Shown one piece after another: positions 20,723-29,673 of a DNA stretch of 64,000 nucleotides; position 1 is the first letter of the stretch, and every line of letters starts with the position of its first letter. The notes below the pieces were generated by a model that worked only from the letters and a program-made list of their open reading frames with translations, made no database searches and was not told the origin of the DNA. The position numbers were made by a program, and so were the translations under genes. The DNA lies in contig JBGTHP010000025.1 of NCBI GenBank assembly GCA_041746105.1, positions 154,682 to 218,681 of the forward strand. Direction: 5' to 3'. This DNA is from Acidimicrobiia bacterium (lineage in GTDB: Bacteria; Actinomycetota; Acidimicrobiia; Spongiisociales; ZC4RG35).

Positions 20723-22012
20723 ATGGCGGCGCTCGATGAGGGCATCACAACGGTGGTGATGGGGATTGGCGACCTCAACGGCATCCTCCGCGGCAAGCGC
20801 ATCCCGATCTCGCACTGGCCAACGATCCGCGAGGAGGGGATGGCGCTTTCCAACGCCATCTTCGCCATGGACATGAATTGTGACATCTGGGACACACCCT
20901 ACGCCAACATGGGGACCGGTTACCCCGATGTCAGGGTGTTCCCGCTTTCGGAGAAGCCCCACCTGATGCCCTGGGATCCCGGCGCGGCGTTTGTGATGGG
21001 AAGGGTCGAAAAAGAACACGGCGGCCCACTCGAGATCGACCCGCGCAACGCTTTGGTGAAGGTCACGGAGAAGGCCAGTTCCATGGGACTGAACGTACTG
21101 ATCGGGGCCGAGCTCGAGTTCTTTTTGCTCGATCCGGAAACCCTCCAACCCCGGGACAGCGGCATCCAGGTCTATGGGTTGGAGCGAGCGATGGAACTCG
21201 AACCCGTTCTGGGCCCGATTCGCGACCAGTTGGTGGCGGCGGGCATCCCGATCGAACAGTCCAATCCGGAATATGCTCCCGGCCAGGTCGAGGTGAACAT
21301 CCGGTACTCGGACGCCCTCGAAACCGCCGACAGGGTGGTGGCATTCCGTGGCATGGTCAAACAACTGGCCGTGACGCATGGGTATGTCGCCTCCTTCATG
21401 GCCAAACCGTTCTTCGAACACTCCGGAAACGGCTTCCATGTGCACCATTCGGCAACCGACGATTCGGGCAAGAATCTCTTTGCCTCGGGCGGCCATCTAT
21501 CGGACCTGGGGACGTCGTATCTCGCCGGGTTGCGCAAGCACATGATGGAACTGGCAGTGTTCTCGGCTCCCAACCCAAACGCCTACCGGCGCCGGCAGCC
21601 TTACACCTTTTGCCCGATCAACAACGCATGGGGAGTCGACAATCGTACGGTCGGCCTCCGGGTGATCGAAGGACCGGACAAGATCGTGCGTGTCGAGCAG
21701 CGAGACGCGTCAGCCGACGCCAACCCGTATCTTCTGCTCGCGGGCCAGATCGCCGCCGGTTTGGCCGGCATCGAGGGTGGCTGGGACCCGGGGCCGGCAG
21801 AGACAGGCGATGGATACGCCAACGAAGCTGCAGATCCGCTCCCGCTGGAGTTAGGCTCGGCTATCGCTCTCGCTCAAGACTCAAACCTGATCAAATCCGT
21901 GTTCGACCCTGATCTGTTGGGTATCTATCTCAGTCAGGCGGCGAGAGAGATCGAATTCATCGGTGCCCAGGTCACGCCGCTCGAGCGTGAACGTTATCTC
22001 CGGAGCTTCTGA
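20723..22012 (+). CDS. glutamine-synthetase-like gamma-glutamyl-amine ligase (GlnA3/GlnA4/PuuA/GmaS-like)
   Basis: GS catalytic motifs GAELEFFL, NPEYAPGQVEVN, SGNGFHVHHS, NPNAYRRR and NRTVGLRV. Approximately 430 aa. RBS GAGGAGGA 7 nt before the ATG. Confidence 0.85.
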   Translation: MAALDEGITTVVMGIGDLNGILRGKRIPISHWPTIREEGMALSNAIFAMDMNCDIWDTPYANMGTGYPDVRVFPLSEKPHLMPWDPGAAFVMGRVEKEHGGPLEIDPRNALVKVTEKASSMGLNVLIGAELEFFLLDPETLQPRDSGIQVYGLERAMELEPVLGPIRDQLVAAGIPIEQSNPEYAPGQVEVNIRYSDALETADRVVAFRGMVKQLAVTHGYVASFMAKPFFEHSGNGFHVHHSATDDSGKNLFASGGHLSDLGTSYLAGLRKHMMELAVFSAPNPNAYRRRQPYTFCPINNAWGVDNRTVGLRVIEGPDKIVRVEQRDASADANPYLLLAGQIAAGLAGIEGGWDPGPAETGDGYANEAADPLPLELGSAIALAQDSNLIKSVFDPDLLGIYLSQAAREIEFIGAQVTPLERERYLRSF

Positions 22013-22317
22013 TGAGATTGGCACGCGTCGTCGGTACGGTCACCGCAACCACCAAAGATCGGGCACTGGAAGGGCATCGGTTTCTGGTTGTCGACCTGGT
22101 CGACCCCGACGGTGTCGTCATCGACCCGCATCACGTTGCTGCGGATGCGGTAGGCGCCGGCACCGGCGACTTGGTCCTGGTGACTTCAGGGTCCTCGGCG
22201 AGGCAGGCACAGCGAACAGTCGCCCTTCCCGCGGATTTGGCCGTTGTCATGATCGTTGACGAGATCGCAATGAGCGGACAGGGTGAGGCTTTGTCCAAGC
22301 ACAAGAAAGGAAAATGA
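22012..22317 (+). CDS. bacterial microcompartment vertex protein BMC-P (EutN/CcmL/PduN family)
   Basis: MRLARVVGTVTATTKD...GHRFLVVDLVD...VAADAVGAGTGDLVLVTSGSSAR matches the EutN/PduN pattern. tgATG overlap with the upstream stop. Confidence 0.9.
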   Translation: MRLARVVGTVTATTKDRALEGHRFLVVDLVDPDGVVIDPHHVAADAVGAGTGDLVLVTSGSSARQAQRTVALPADLAVVMIVDEIAMSGQGEALSKHKKGK

Positions 22318-22320
22318 GTG

Positions 22321-22602
22321 ATGGCAGATCAGATTGCCCTGGGCATGATTGAGACGCGGGGGGTGGTGGCGTCGATCGAGGCCGCCGATGCGATGGTGAA
22401 AGCCGCAAACGTGGCACTCGTCGGGCAAGAAAAGGCGGGCGGCGGCCTGGTTGCCGTTTTTGTCCGCGGCGAAGTTGGAGCCGTCAAAGCGGCGGTGGAT
22501 GCCGGCGCAGTCGCTGCGAACAAGGTTGGCGAAGTGATAGCCGTTCACGTTATCCCGCGCCCGGCGACCGAGATCGAGGGCATCCTCCCTCAGACGTCTT
22601 GA
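22321..22602 (+). CDS. bacterial microcompartment shell hexamer protein BMC-H (PduA/EutM/CcmK-like)
   Basis: [58 protein letters not shown]...VHVIPRP is near-identical in pattern to PduA. Confidence 0.95.
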   Translation: MADQIALGMIETRGVVASIEAADAMVKAANVALVGQEKAGGGLVAVFVRGEVGAVKAAVDAGAVAANKVGEVIAVHVIPRPATEIEGILPQTS

Positions 22603-22610
22603 ACTGATCG

Positions 22611-23780
22611 ATGACGACCGCGGGTTTCCATGAGGCGGTTGCGGCGTTTTCTGCGCCGGTTTCGGCTCGCCCCGACCCCAGAACGCCGGCTCGGGTCACC
22701 GTGCTCGGCTCGGGGGTTGAGGGTCGCGCCCTCGCGGCATGGTTCCTGGCAGAAGGCGCAGACCAGGTCAGTCTCTTCTCGGTGTACCAAGATGAATTGA
22801 CGGCACTTGCCCGAGGATCGATCACTCTGCGCGGAGACGGGCCGGTGGGGACATTCCGAGTAGGGGGCGAGGCCCCGTCGATCGCGTCGACATCGGTTTT
22901 GGATCGGTCGGTGGAAGGTGCCGATCTGGTCGTGATTTCGGGCCCCGTGCTGAAACAACGGACCTATGGGCTGGTGGTCGCCCCTTACCTACACGACGGT
23001 CAAACAATCTTGGTGGTTCCTGGTCGGTCGCTGGCGGCCCTCGAACTCCTTCAATCGATCCGTGCCGGTGGCAGCACCGCCGATGTGCGCTTGGTGGAGG
23101 TCGATGATCTACCTTTTGACATCGGCGTCGATGGGTCGACTCTGACGTTGACCCGGCGCCGGACCGTCAGAGCCGGTGTCTACCCCGGCTCGGCCACATC
23201 GGTTCTAGAGGGTTTGCGTCGTTTTTTCCCGGAACTGGTTTCCGCCACGTCGGTCCTCGATTCGACCCTTGGCGACGGTTCGGGCATCGTCTCGATCCCG
23301 GCGCTCCTGGTGGGCGGACCCGGCGCACCACCCATCGAAAGTGCAGGACCTCCCGGTGCGGTGTTGCTGAACCCGAACACTTTCCGCGGGCTGATCGGGG
23401 ATGCCCAAATACAATTGGTGGCGGCGTTGGCAGACGAGCGCAGAGAAGTGGCGAGTCGCTTTGGGTTGCGTGCGCTCCCGAGCGACGAAGAATGGTTGGA
23501 TGCCGTGGCAGGCTCCACAGAGGGCACTGGAGTGCGAGCAGTCCCTGACGAAGCCACCGCCCGCAGTCTGCTTCGAGATGCGGTGCTCGGCTCCCTTGTC
23601 CCCTTGACGTCGATGGCGAACGCCGCCGGCGTCGCCGCCCCGGTCACGGAAGCCATGATCGAGTTGTCGGAGCGCGTTCTTGGGACCGCGCTGCGAGCCA
23701 GCGGCAGGAATCTGGATCTCTGCGGGCTAGGGGGCCTGAGTGCGCCCGAGATTCGGGCCCGGCTGGCGGTGGCGTCGTGA
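22611..23780 (+). CDS. NAD(P)-binding oxidoreductase, opine-dehydrogenase-like (Rossmann N-domain plus helical C-domain)
   Basis: VTVLGSGVEGRALAAWFLAEG dinucleotide motif resembles opine DH (VLGLGNGGHAFAAYLALKG). Approximately 389 aa. 8-nt gap after BMC-H. Family assignment is tentative. Confidence 0.5.
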   Translation: MTTAGFHEAVAAFSAPVSARPDPRTPARVTVLGSGVEGRALAAWFLAEGADQVSLFSVYQDELTALARGSITLRGDGPVGTFRVGGEAPSIASTSVLDRSVEGADLVVISGPVLKQRTYGLVVAPYLHDGQTILVVPGRSLAALELLQSIRAGGSTADVRLVEVDDLPFDIGVDGSTLTLTRRRTVRAGVYPGSATSVLEGLRRFFPELVSATSVLDSTLGDGSGIVSIPALLVGGPGAPPIESAGPPGAVLLNPNTFRGLIGDAQIQLVAALADERREVASRFGLRALPSDEEWLDAVAGSTEGTGVRAVPDEATARSLLRDAVLGSLVPLTSMANAAGVAAPVTEAMIELSERVLGTALRASGRNLDLCGLGGLSAPEIRARLAVAS

Positions 23781-25159
23781 CCGATGCCGACCTGAGAAGT
23801 ATCGCCCAGGCGCGGCGCGCAGTAGAGGCCGCCCATGTCGCCCAGCAGCGATTTCTTGCCACCGATCCGTCACGTATCGACGAGATCGTCGAGGCGATGG
23901 CGCGTGCGGTCGAGATCGACGCCGCCCGACTCGGCGCGCTCGCAGCCGAGGAGACCGGCTACGGCAACGCAGAGGACAAACGAATCAAGAACCTCTTCAA
24001 CTCGATCGGAGTCGCAGAGTGGCTGCGCAACGTCAAGACTCTTGGAGTCCTATGGCAAGACCCGGTTACAAAAGTGGTGGCGATAGGCGAACCGATGGGG
24101 GTAGTGGTCGCCCTAATCCCGGTAACCAACCCGACCTCGACCATCATCTTCAAAGTGCTGTCTGCGGTGAAAGCCGGCAATGCCATCGTGTGTGCACCAC
24201 ATCCACGCGGGGTCGGGTGCGGAATGGAAACCGTAAAAGTGATGATGACTGCGGCGGCCGAGCACGGGGCGCCGGACAACCTGATCCAATGTCTTTCCGA
24301 GGTGACCGTCGAGGGCACCCAGGAGCTGATGCGCCACCGCCGGACGTCGGTGGTCATGGCGACCGGGGGATCGGCGATGGTTCGAGCGGCCTATTCCTCC
24401 GGTAAACCGACCCTGGCGGTGGGCCCAGGGAACGTGCCCGTGTACGTCCATGCGTCGATGCGCGACGAGCTTCGCGAAGTCGCCGATCAAATCCTCACGT
24501 CCAAGTCGTTCGACTACGGCACGGCGTGCGCAGCGGAGCAGGCCGTGGTCGTCGACAGGGCCGTCGCCCCGCTGCTCGAACAGGAGGTCCGCCAATTGGG
24601 CGGCTACTTCTGCACGACGGGTGAGGCAGCCAGACTGGCCGATGTGATCTTTGACGACAACCAGGTGATCCGGCCTGGGGGAGTGGGGCAGTCGGCCTCC
24701 GAACTCTCTCGCAGGGCAGGTTTTGGAGTTCCCCCCAACACCCGTGTTCTCCTCGCCCGTGAGAGCGAGGTCGGACGAAACCGCCCACTCTCGCTCGAGA
24801 AACTGAATCCGGTGCTGGCCTGGTACGACGCCCCGAGTGAGGATCAGGCGTATGAACTGTGCTTCCAGATCTTGCGATTCGGCGGTAGGGGTCACACTTC
24901 GGCGATCCACACCAAAGATCCCGCCATTGTCGCCCGGTTTGGCCGCCTACCGGCAGGAAGGGTCCTGATCAACCAACCGGCGCTGATGGGGGCAATGGGA
25001 TACTCGGCCGACCTCGAACCGAGCTTCATGCTGGGCACGGGGACCGTATCTGGCTCGATCGTGTCAGACAATGTGACCGCCTTGCATCTGATCAACATCA
25101 AACGTGTCGCCTACGAGTCGAGACCGTGGCGCAGCATCTACGACGTATACGGAGCGTGA
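23777..25159 (+). CDS. CoA-acylating aldehyde dehydrogenase (EutE/PduP family)
   Basis: Approximately 460 aa with FDYGTACAAEQ active-site region (cf. FDNGxxCxSEQ). Lacks the ELGGKSP/GQxC motifs of hydrolytic ALDHs. Sits between shell genes. Confidence 0.85.
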   Translation: MTDADLRSIAQARRAVEAAHVAQQRFLATDPSRIDEIVEAMARAVEIDAARLGALAAEETGYGNAEDKRIKNLFNSIGVAEWLRNVKTLGVLWQDPVTKVVAIGEPMGVVVALIPVTNPTSTIIFKVLSAVKAGNAIVCAPHPRGVGCGMETVKVMMTAAAEHGAPDNLIQCLSEVTVEGTQELMRHRRTSVVMATGGSAMVRAAYSSGKPTLAVGPGNVPVYVHASMRDELREVADQILTSKSFDYGTACAAEQAVVVDRAVAPLLEQEVRQLGGYFCTTGEAARLADVIFDDNQVIRPGGVGQSASELSRRAGFGVPPNTRVLLARESEVGRNRPLSLEKLNPVLAWYDAPSEDQAYELCFQILRFGGRGHTSAIHTKDPAIVARFGRLPAGRVLINQPALMGAMGYSADLEPSFMLGTGTVSGSIVSDNVTALHLINIKRVAYESRPWRSIYDVYGA

Positions 25160-25161
25160 CC

Positions 25162-25791
25162 ATGAACCGACCTGGAACCGTGGTCAGAGCCCTGCTTCAG
25201 ATCGATCGACTTCAGCCAAAATTCGCCGCCTACAACGGTGCCACCGTTCAGGGGTCTATTCCCCTCGCCGGGGACACGATCCTCGTTGGCGAGATGGCGC
25301 CAGGCAACGAGGTGTTCAGATTGATCGACACCGCCTTGAAAGCAGCCACCATCGAGGCGACCAGCCAGATCGTGGAGCGCGAATTCGGGTTCTTCATCCT
25401 CCGATCACCCAGTAATGCGGAGATCAGCGCAGCCCGCGACGCGATTCTGGCCCATCTCGGGATCACGATGTCCGATCGGCTGAAACCGGTCGTGGAATCT
25501 ACCCAGATCATCACCTCGGTTGAGCCCTATCAGGCCCAACTTCTCAACAAATGGCGCAAAGGGTCCCTTCTGGTACCCGGCCAAACTCTCGGCATCGTCG
25601 AATGCGCTCCCGCTGCCTATATCTCGATAGCGGCCAACGAGGCCGAGAAGTCGGCCGATATCGACATCGTCGAGGTACGCGCGGTCGGCCGTTTCGGTCG
25701 ATTCTTCATGTCGGGATCGGAAGCGGCGGTTGAGACCGCAATGGAGGCGGCCGTCATCGCACTCCAAGCGGTAGAAGGAAGGGCCCAGTGA
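25162..25791 (+). CDS. tandem-domain BMC shell protein (BMC-T-like)
   Basis: Two approximately 90-aa BMC-like halves. The second half (TLGIVECAPAAYISIAANEAEKSADIDIVEV...GSEAAVETAMEAAV) is a clear BMC domain. Confidence 0.7.
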   Translation: MNRPGTVVRALLQIDRLQPKFAAYNGATVQGSIPLAGDTILVGEMAPGNEVFRLIDTALKAATIEATSQIVEREFGFFILRSPSNAEISAARDAILAHLGITMSDRLKPVVESTQIITSVEPYQAQLLNKWRKGSLLVPGQTLGIVECAPAAYISIAANEAEKSADIDIVEVRAVGRFGRFFMSGSEAAVETAMEAAVIALQAVEGRAQ

Positions 25792-26999
25792 CCTCTGGTC
25801 GACCGGTGATTCACCCCGGGGCCGGGGTGATCGGCGAGGTCGATGTGCTCGGCGCGTTCCGGCAGGGACGCCGTACGCTCCATGTCCAGCCAAGCGCCCT
25901 GGTCACCAATCAGGCGGCGGAGGCGGCTCAGCGGCTCGGTGTTTCCATTGTTGTGGGGGCTCCGACGGCGGCGGCAGTGCCCGCCACCGACGGGGCCGCG
26001 GTACTCCGCCGATCGCTTTACCGACGCAGCCCGAAGTTTGTACCGTCGGAAAAGCCCAGAGGCCTCCAACCATCGACGCTGGGACGACTCGTTATCGTGG
26101 GAGCGGGCGGTGTCGGATCCAATACGGCCCATCTGGCGGCTTCGCGCTCGCTTGCCCACGAGATCGTGCTCATCGACGTGGTTCCAGGATCGGCGGCCGC
26201 CACTGCCCTCGACCTCGAACATTCGGCCGGCATCACCGGTTCAACATCGCGTTTGAGTGGAGGAACCGACCTGGCGATGATCGAGGGGGCCGACGTCGTG
26301 GTCATAACCGCCGGTCGGCCCCGGTCCCCTGGCATGTCCAGAAGTGATCTGGTCGGGACCAATGGCAGGGTTGTACGCCAGGTGTCGGAACAAGTGGCGT
26401 CGGTTGCCCCGGGATCCGTCGTGATCGTTGTCACGAACCCACTAGACGAGATGACCGTGGAGGCGCTACGTGCAACCGGCTTTCCCAGAGAGCGCGTTCT
26501 GGGGATGGCGGGCACTCTCGACTCCGCACGATTCAGGTCGTCCTTGGCGAGAGCCGCCGGCGTTGACCCTGGCGATGTCGAGGCGATCACTCTGGGTAGC
26601 CATGGCGAGGAGATGGTCCCGATCATCAGCACCGCCACGGTACGCGGCCGTCCGCTTGACACGGTGCTGACTCCCGAGCAGATCGACCGCTGCGTCGCCG
26701 AAACCGTTGCGGGAGGTGGTCAAATCGTCGCGCTTCGCAAATCGGGCTCCGCAACCTTGGCTCCGGCCCACGCAACGCTCGAGGTTCTCGAGTCGATTCG
26801 AGGCGCCCGGGCGGGAGCCATCCCGGTTTCGATTCGCTTGGAAGGCGAATACGGGATCAGCGGCACGGTGGTGGGTGTTCCAACAATATTGGGCTCGGCC
26901 GGCGTGATCGAGATCGTCGAGTTGCCGCTGGCCTCAGGAGAAATGTCTGCACTGGCTCGCGCCGCGGCCGCCGTCGCCGCCCGAGTAGCCTCGGTCTGA
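25788..26999 (+). CDS. L-lactate/malate dehydrogenase-family oxidoreductase with approximately 95-aa N-terminal extension
   Basis: LVIVGAGGVGSNTAHL Rossmann, VVITAGRPRSPGMSRSDL and GSHGEEMVPI LDH/MDH motifs start at about aa 100. GTGA overlap with the BMC-T stop supports the long N-terminus. Confidence 0.8.
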   Translation: MTSGRPVIHPGAGVIGEVDVLGAFRQGRRTLHVQPSALVTNQAAEAAQRLGVSIVVGAPTAAAVPATDGAAVLRRSLYRRSPKFVPSEKPRGLQPSTLGRLVIVGAGGVGSNTAHLAASRSLAHEIVLIDVVPGSAAATALDLEHSAGITGSTSRLSGGTDLAMIEGADVVVITAGRPRSPGMSRSDLVGTNGRVVRQVSEQVASVAPGSVVIVVTNPLDEMTVEALRATGFPRERVLGMAGTLDSARFRSSLARAAGVDPGDVEAITLGSHGEEMVPIISTATVRGRPLDTVLTPEQIDRCVAETVAGGGQIVALRKSGSATLAPAHATLEVLESIRGARAGAIPVSIRLEGEYGISGTVVGVPTILGSAGVIEIVELPLASGEMSALARAAAAVAARVASV

Positions 27000-27526
27000 T
27001 GGGTTTCGAAGAAGTCGAGTTCGGGTCTCGCAAGGTTGTGGCCGTGAGCCGGCCTTCCAAGCCGCGTAAGCGTGAGGGCCGGGCAAGCACGCAGAAGCCC
27101 GATCCATCGGAGCCGCCGGCCGACACGGGAGCGGTCCTGGTTCCCCTTGATCAGTGGACGAGTATTCTCAACCAACTCGGAAACCTCCACCAGGCGGGTC
27201 AGCAGATGGCCGACGCCAGGGAACGGGCGGCGAAGGCCGAAACGGAAGCCTTTTTCCTCAAGGAGCGGCTGCGGGAATTACGAGAGGAACTTGCCAAGGC
27301 GAGAGCTGCGGCCACGGAATTCGTCAACAGCACCGCATCCGTCGACACCGAAGTGGCTCCAACCGACACCGGGGTCACTGCGACCGGCGATCCGGCAAGC
27401 GGCGCAAGCGAAATCGGCCAAGTCCAAGAAGACGAAGACGTCGCCATTGACCTCACCACCGACCGGGTGCTCATTGTCAGGCTTCCGAGCAGAGTCACCA
27501 AATGGTGGCTCGAGCGGCGGACCTGA
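26999..27526 (+). CDS. hypothetical coiled-coil protein
   Basis: ATGA overlap with the upstream stop. E/K/R-rich helical composition. An alternative-frame ORF (27072-27545) looks like an Arg-rich translation artefact. Confidence 0.45.
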   Translation: MGFEEVEFGSRKVVAVSRPSKPRKREGRASTQKPDPSEPPADTGAVLVPLDQWTSILNQLGNLHQAGQQMADARERAAKAETEAFFLKERLRELREELAKARAAATEFVNSTASVDTEVAPTDTGVTATGDPASGASEIGQVQEDEDVAIDLTTDRVLIVRLPSRVTKWWLERRT

Positions 27527-27545
27527 TGAGAAAGCCGACGGCGCT

Positions 27546-28457
27546 GTGAGAGTGGCAGCAGTTCAGGCGGCTCCTGTTTGGCTCGACCGCGCCAAAACGA
27601 TCGAGGTCGTCGTCGATTCGATCGCGGCGGCGGCCGCCGGGGGAGCAGAAGTGGTCGCCTTCCCGGAGACGTTCTTACCCGGATATCCGGTATGGGTCGA
27701 CATGACCGACGCCGCCAGTTGGGAAAATCCGCGTCAAAAGGACGCATACGCCTGGTATGTGGACCAGGCGGTTGATCTGGCGGGCGCCGAGTTCGAGTTG
27801 GTGGTCAATGCCGTGAAAGACCATGGCGTGTTCGCCTATGTCGGGGTGGTGGAGCGATCAGCTTCTGCTGGTTCGGTCTACTGCACCTTGGTGGCGATTC
27901 ATCCAGACGAAGGTGTGGTGGGAGCACACCGCAAGCTCAAGCCGACCTTTGGGGAGCGTTTGGTCTGGGCCGACGGCGATGGAGCCGGCCTGAAAGCCCA
28001 CAGATGGAAGGAGGCGACCCTCACCGGATTGAACTGTTGGGAGAACTGGATGCCACTGGCGCGAGCAGCCATGTACTCGCTCGGGTCACAGATTCACATC
28101 GCGACGTGGCCCGGATCGACGAAACTGACCCAGGACATCACCCGGTTCATCGCCAAGGAGGGCAGAGTGTTCGCAGTCAGCGTCGGCGGTGTCTATCGGG
28201 CAGAAGATATCCCCTCGTCATTCCCACTTGCCGAGCAAATGCTGGCGCACGCCTCTGAGTTCTACAACGGTGGTTCGATGATTGTTGCTCCGGACGGGTC
28301 TGTCATCGTCGGGCCGGTGGCGTCGGAAGAGGGGCTGTTGTTCGCCGATCTCGATCTTGCGATGGTTACGCGGGAACGCCAGAACTTCGACCCGTCAGGT
28401 CACTACTCCCGTCCCGACGTGCTACACCTAGCCGTCGACAGGAAACGAAACGCCTGA
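27546..28457 (+). CDS. carbon-nitrogen hydrolase (nitrilase/amidase superfamily)
   Basis: VAAVQAAPVWLD...AFPETFLPGYP (Glu), HRKLKP (Lys) and LNCWENWMP (Cys) form the Glu-Lys-Cys triad. GTG start. Confidence 0.8.
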   Translation: MRVAAVQAAPVWLDRAKTIEVVVDSIAAAAAGGAEVVAFPETFLPGYPVWVDMTDAASWENPRQKDAYAWYVDQAVDLAGAEFELVVNAVKDHGVFAYVGVVERSASAGSVYCTLVAIHPDEGVVGAHRKLKPTFGERLVWADGDGAGLKAHRWKEATLTGLNCWENWMPLARAAMYSLGSQIHIATWPGSTKLTQDITRFIAKEGRVFAVSVGGVYRAEDIPSSFPLAEQMLAHASEFYNGGSMIVAPDGSVIVGPVASEEGLLFADLDLAMVTRERQNFDPSGHYSRPDVLHLAVDRKRNA

Positions 28458-28488
28458 TCGGACTGCCGGTCCGATTGGGTCGGATTCG

Positions 28489-29658
28489 ATGCCTACGGTA
28501 TCTTCGAAACTGATGGCCAAACCGCTCAAAATCGCTTTGCTCGGTACCAAGTTCATGGGAAAGGCGCACTCTCATGCTTGGGCCAATGCCGCCAAATTCT
28601 TCGATCTGCCCCGCCGACCGCTCCTCCACGTCGTAGCCGGGAGAAACCCGGAAGAAACGAGCGCATTTGCCGATCGCTGGGGGTGGCAGAGCAATACGAC
28701 CCGCTGGATGGATGTTGTCGAAGACCCCGACGTCGACCTCGTCGACATCGGGACCCCCAACTCGCTTCACGCAGGTCAGGCGATCGCGGCGCTCGAGGCG
28801 GGCAAACATGTGGCGTGCGAGAAGCCAATGGCGGGAACTCTGGCCGATGCGCGTGAGATGATGAAGGCTGCAAAGAAGGCGCATACTCAGACCTTCGTCT
28901 GGTACACGTATCGTCGTGTGCCTGCCGTCGGTCTGGCCCACCAATTGGTCAAAGAGGGCAGGCTCGGACGGATCTACCACGTGCGCGCCAGTTATCTCCA
29001 GAGCTGGGGAGGGCCGGAGACGCCGTTGCTGTGGCGTTTCCGGGGTGAAGAGGCCGGTTCCGGGGCTCATGGTGATCTCAACGCCCACATCATCGACATG
29101 GCGCGTTTCATCACGGGGGACGAGATCTTCGAGGTGTCGGGTGCGATCGAGCAGACGTTCATCAAGGATCGGGCGCTTCCGGGTGACCCGGCCAGAAGGG
29201 GCCGGAGCACGGTCGACGATGCCGTGTTGTTTCTTGCCCGCTTCCAGGGGGGAGCGGTCGGTTCTTTTGAGGCCACGAGGCTGGCGACCGGCATCAAGAA
29301 TTCGAATCGGATCGAGGTCCACGGCGAGCTGGGTGCCATCGCTTTCGATTTCGAGCGGATGAATGAACTGCGCTTCTTCGACGCGACCGCGCCAACCCGG
29401 CTGCAAGGTTGGCAAACCATCCTCACCACCCACGAGACACATCCCTACGCCGGATCGTGGTGGCCGGATGGGCACTGGCTAGGTTACGAACACACGTTCA
29501 CGAACCAGGCAGCCGACATCGCCCGGTCGCTTTCGCGCCGCAAGCCCGAGCTGCCGCTTCCTGACTTTGCCGATGCCTACCTCACCCAGCGAGTGATGGA
29601 GGCGGCGATCACCTCGGCGCGTGAACGGACACCGGTCAAGCTGTCTGAGATCAAATAA
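28489..29658 (+). CDS. Gfo/Idh/MocA-family NAD(P)-dependent oxidoreductase
   Basis: LKIALLGTKFMGKAHSHAW N-terminal Rossmann and EKPMAGT motif. Confidence 0.85.
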   Translation: MPTVSSKLMAKPLKIALLGTKFMGKAHSHAWANAAKFFDLPRRPLLHVVAGRNPEETSAFADRWGWQSNTTRWMDVVEDPDVDLVDIGTPNSLHAGQAIAALEAGKHVACEKPMAGTLADAREMMKAAKKAHTQTFVWYTYRRVPAVGLAHQLVKEGRLGRIYHVRASYLQSWGGPETPLLWRFRGEEAGSGAHGDLNAHIIDMARFITGDEIFEVSGAIEQTFIKDRALPGDPARRGRSTVDDAVLFLARFQGGAVGSFEATRLATGIKNSNRIEVHGELGAIAFDFERMNELRFFDATAPTRLQGWQTILTTHETHPYAGSWWPDGHWLGYEHTFTNQAADIARSLSRRKPELPLPDFADAYLTQRVMEAAITSARERTPVKLSEIK

Positions 29659-29673
29659 CAATCCGGGTCCTGG

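Noticed and set aside
27072-27545. N-terminal 160 aa of the 461-aa ORF that ends as the C-N hydrolase.
   Set aside because: The sequence is Arg/Ser/Pro-rich junk. The conserved hydrolase N-terminus (VAAVQAAPVWLD) begins at GTG 27546. The region overlaps a better ORF in another frame.
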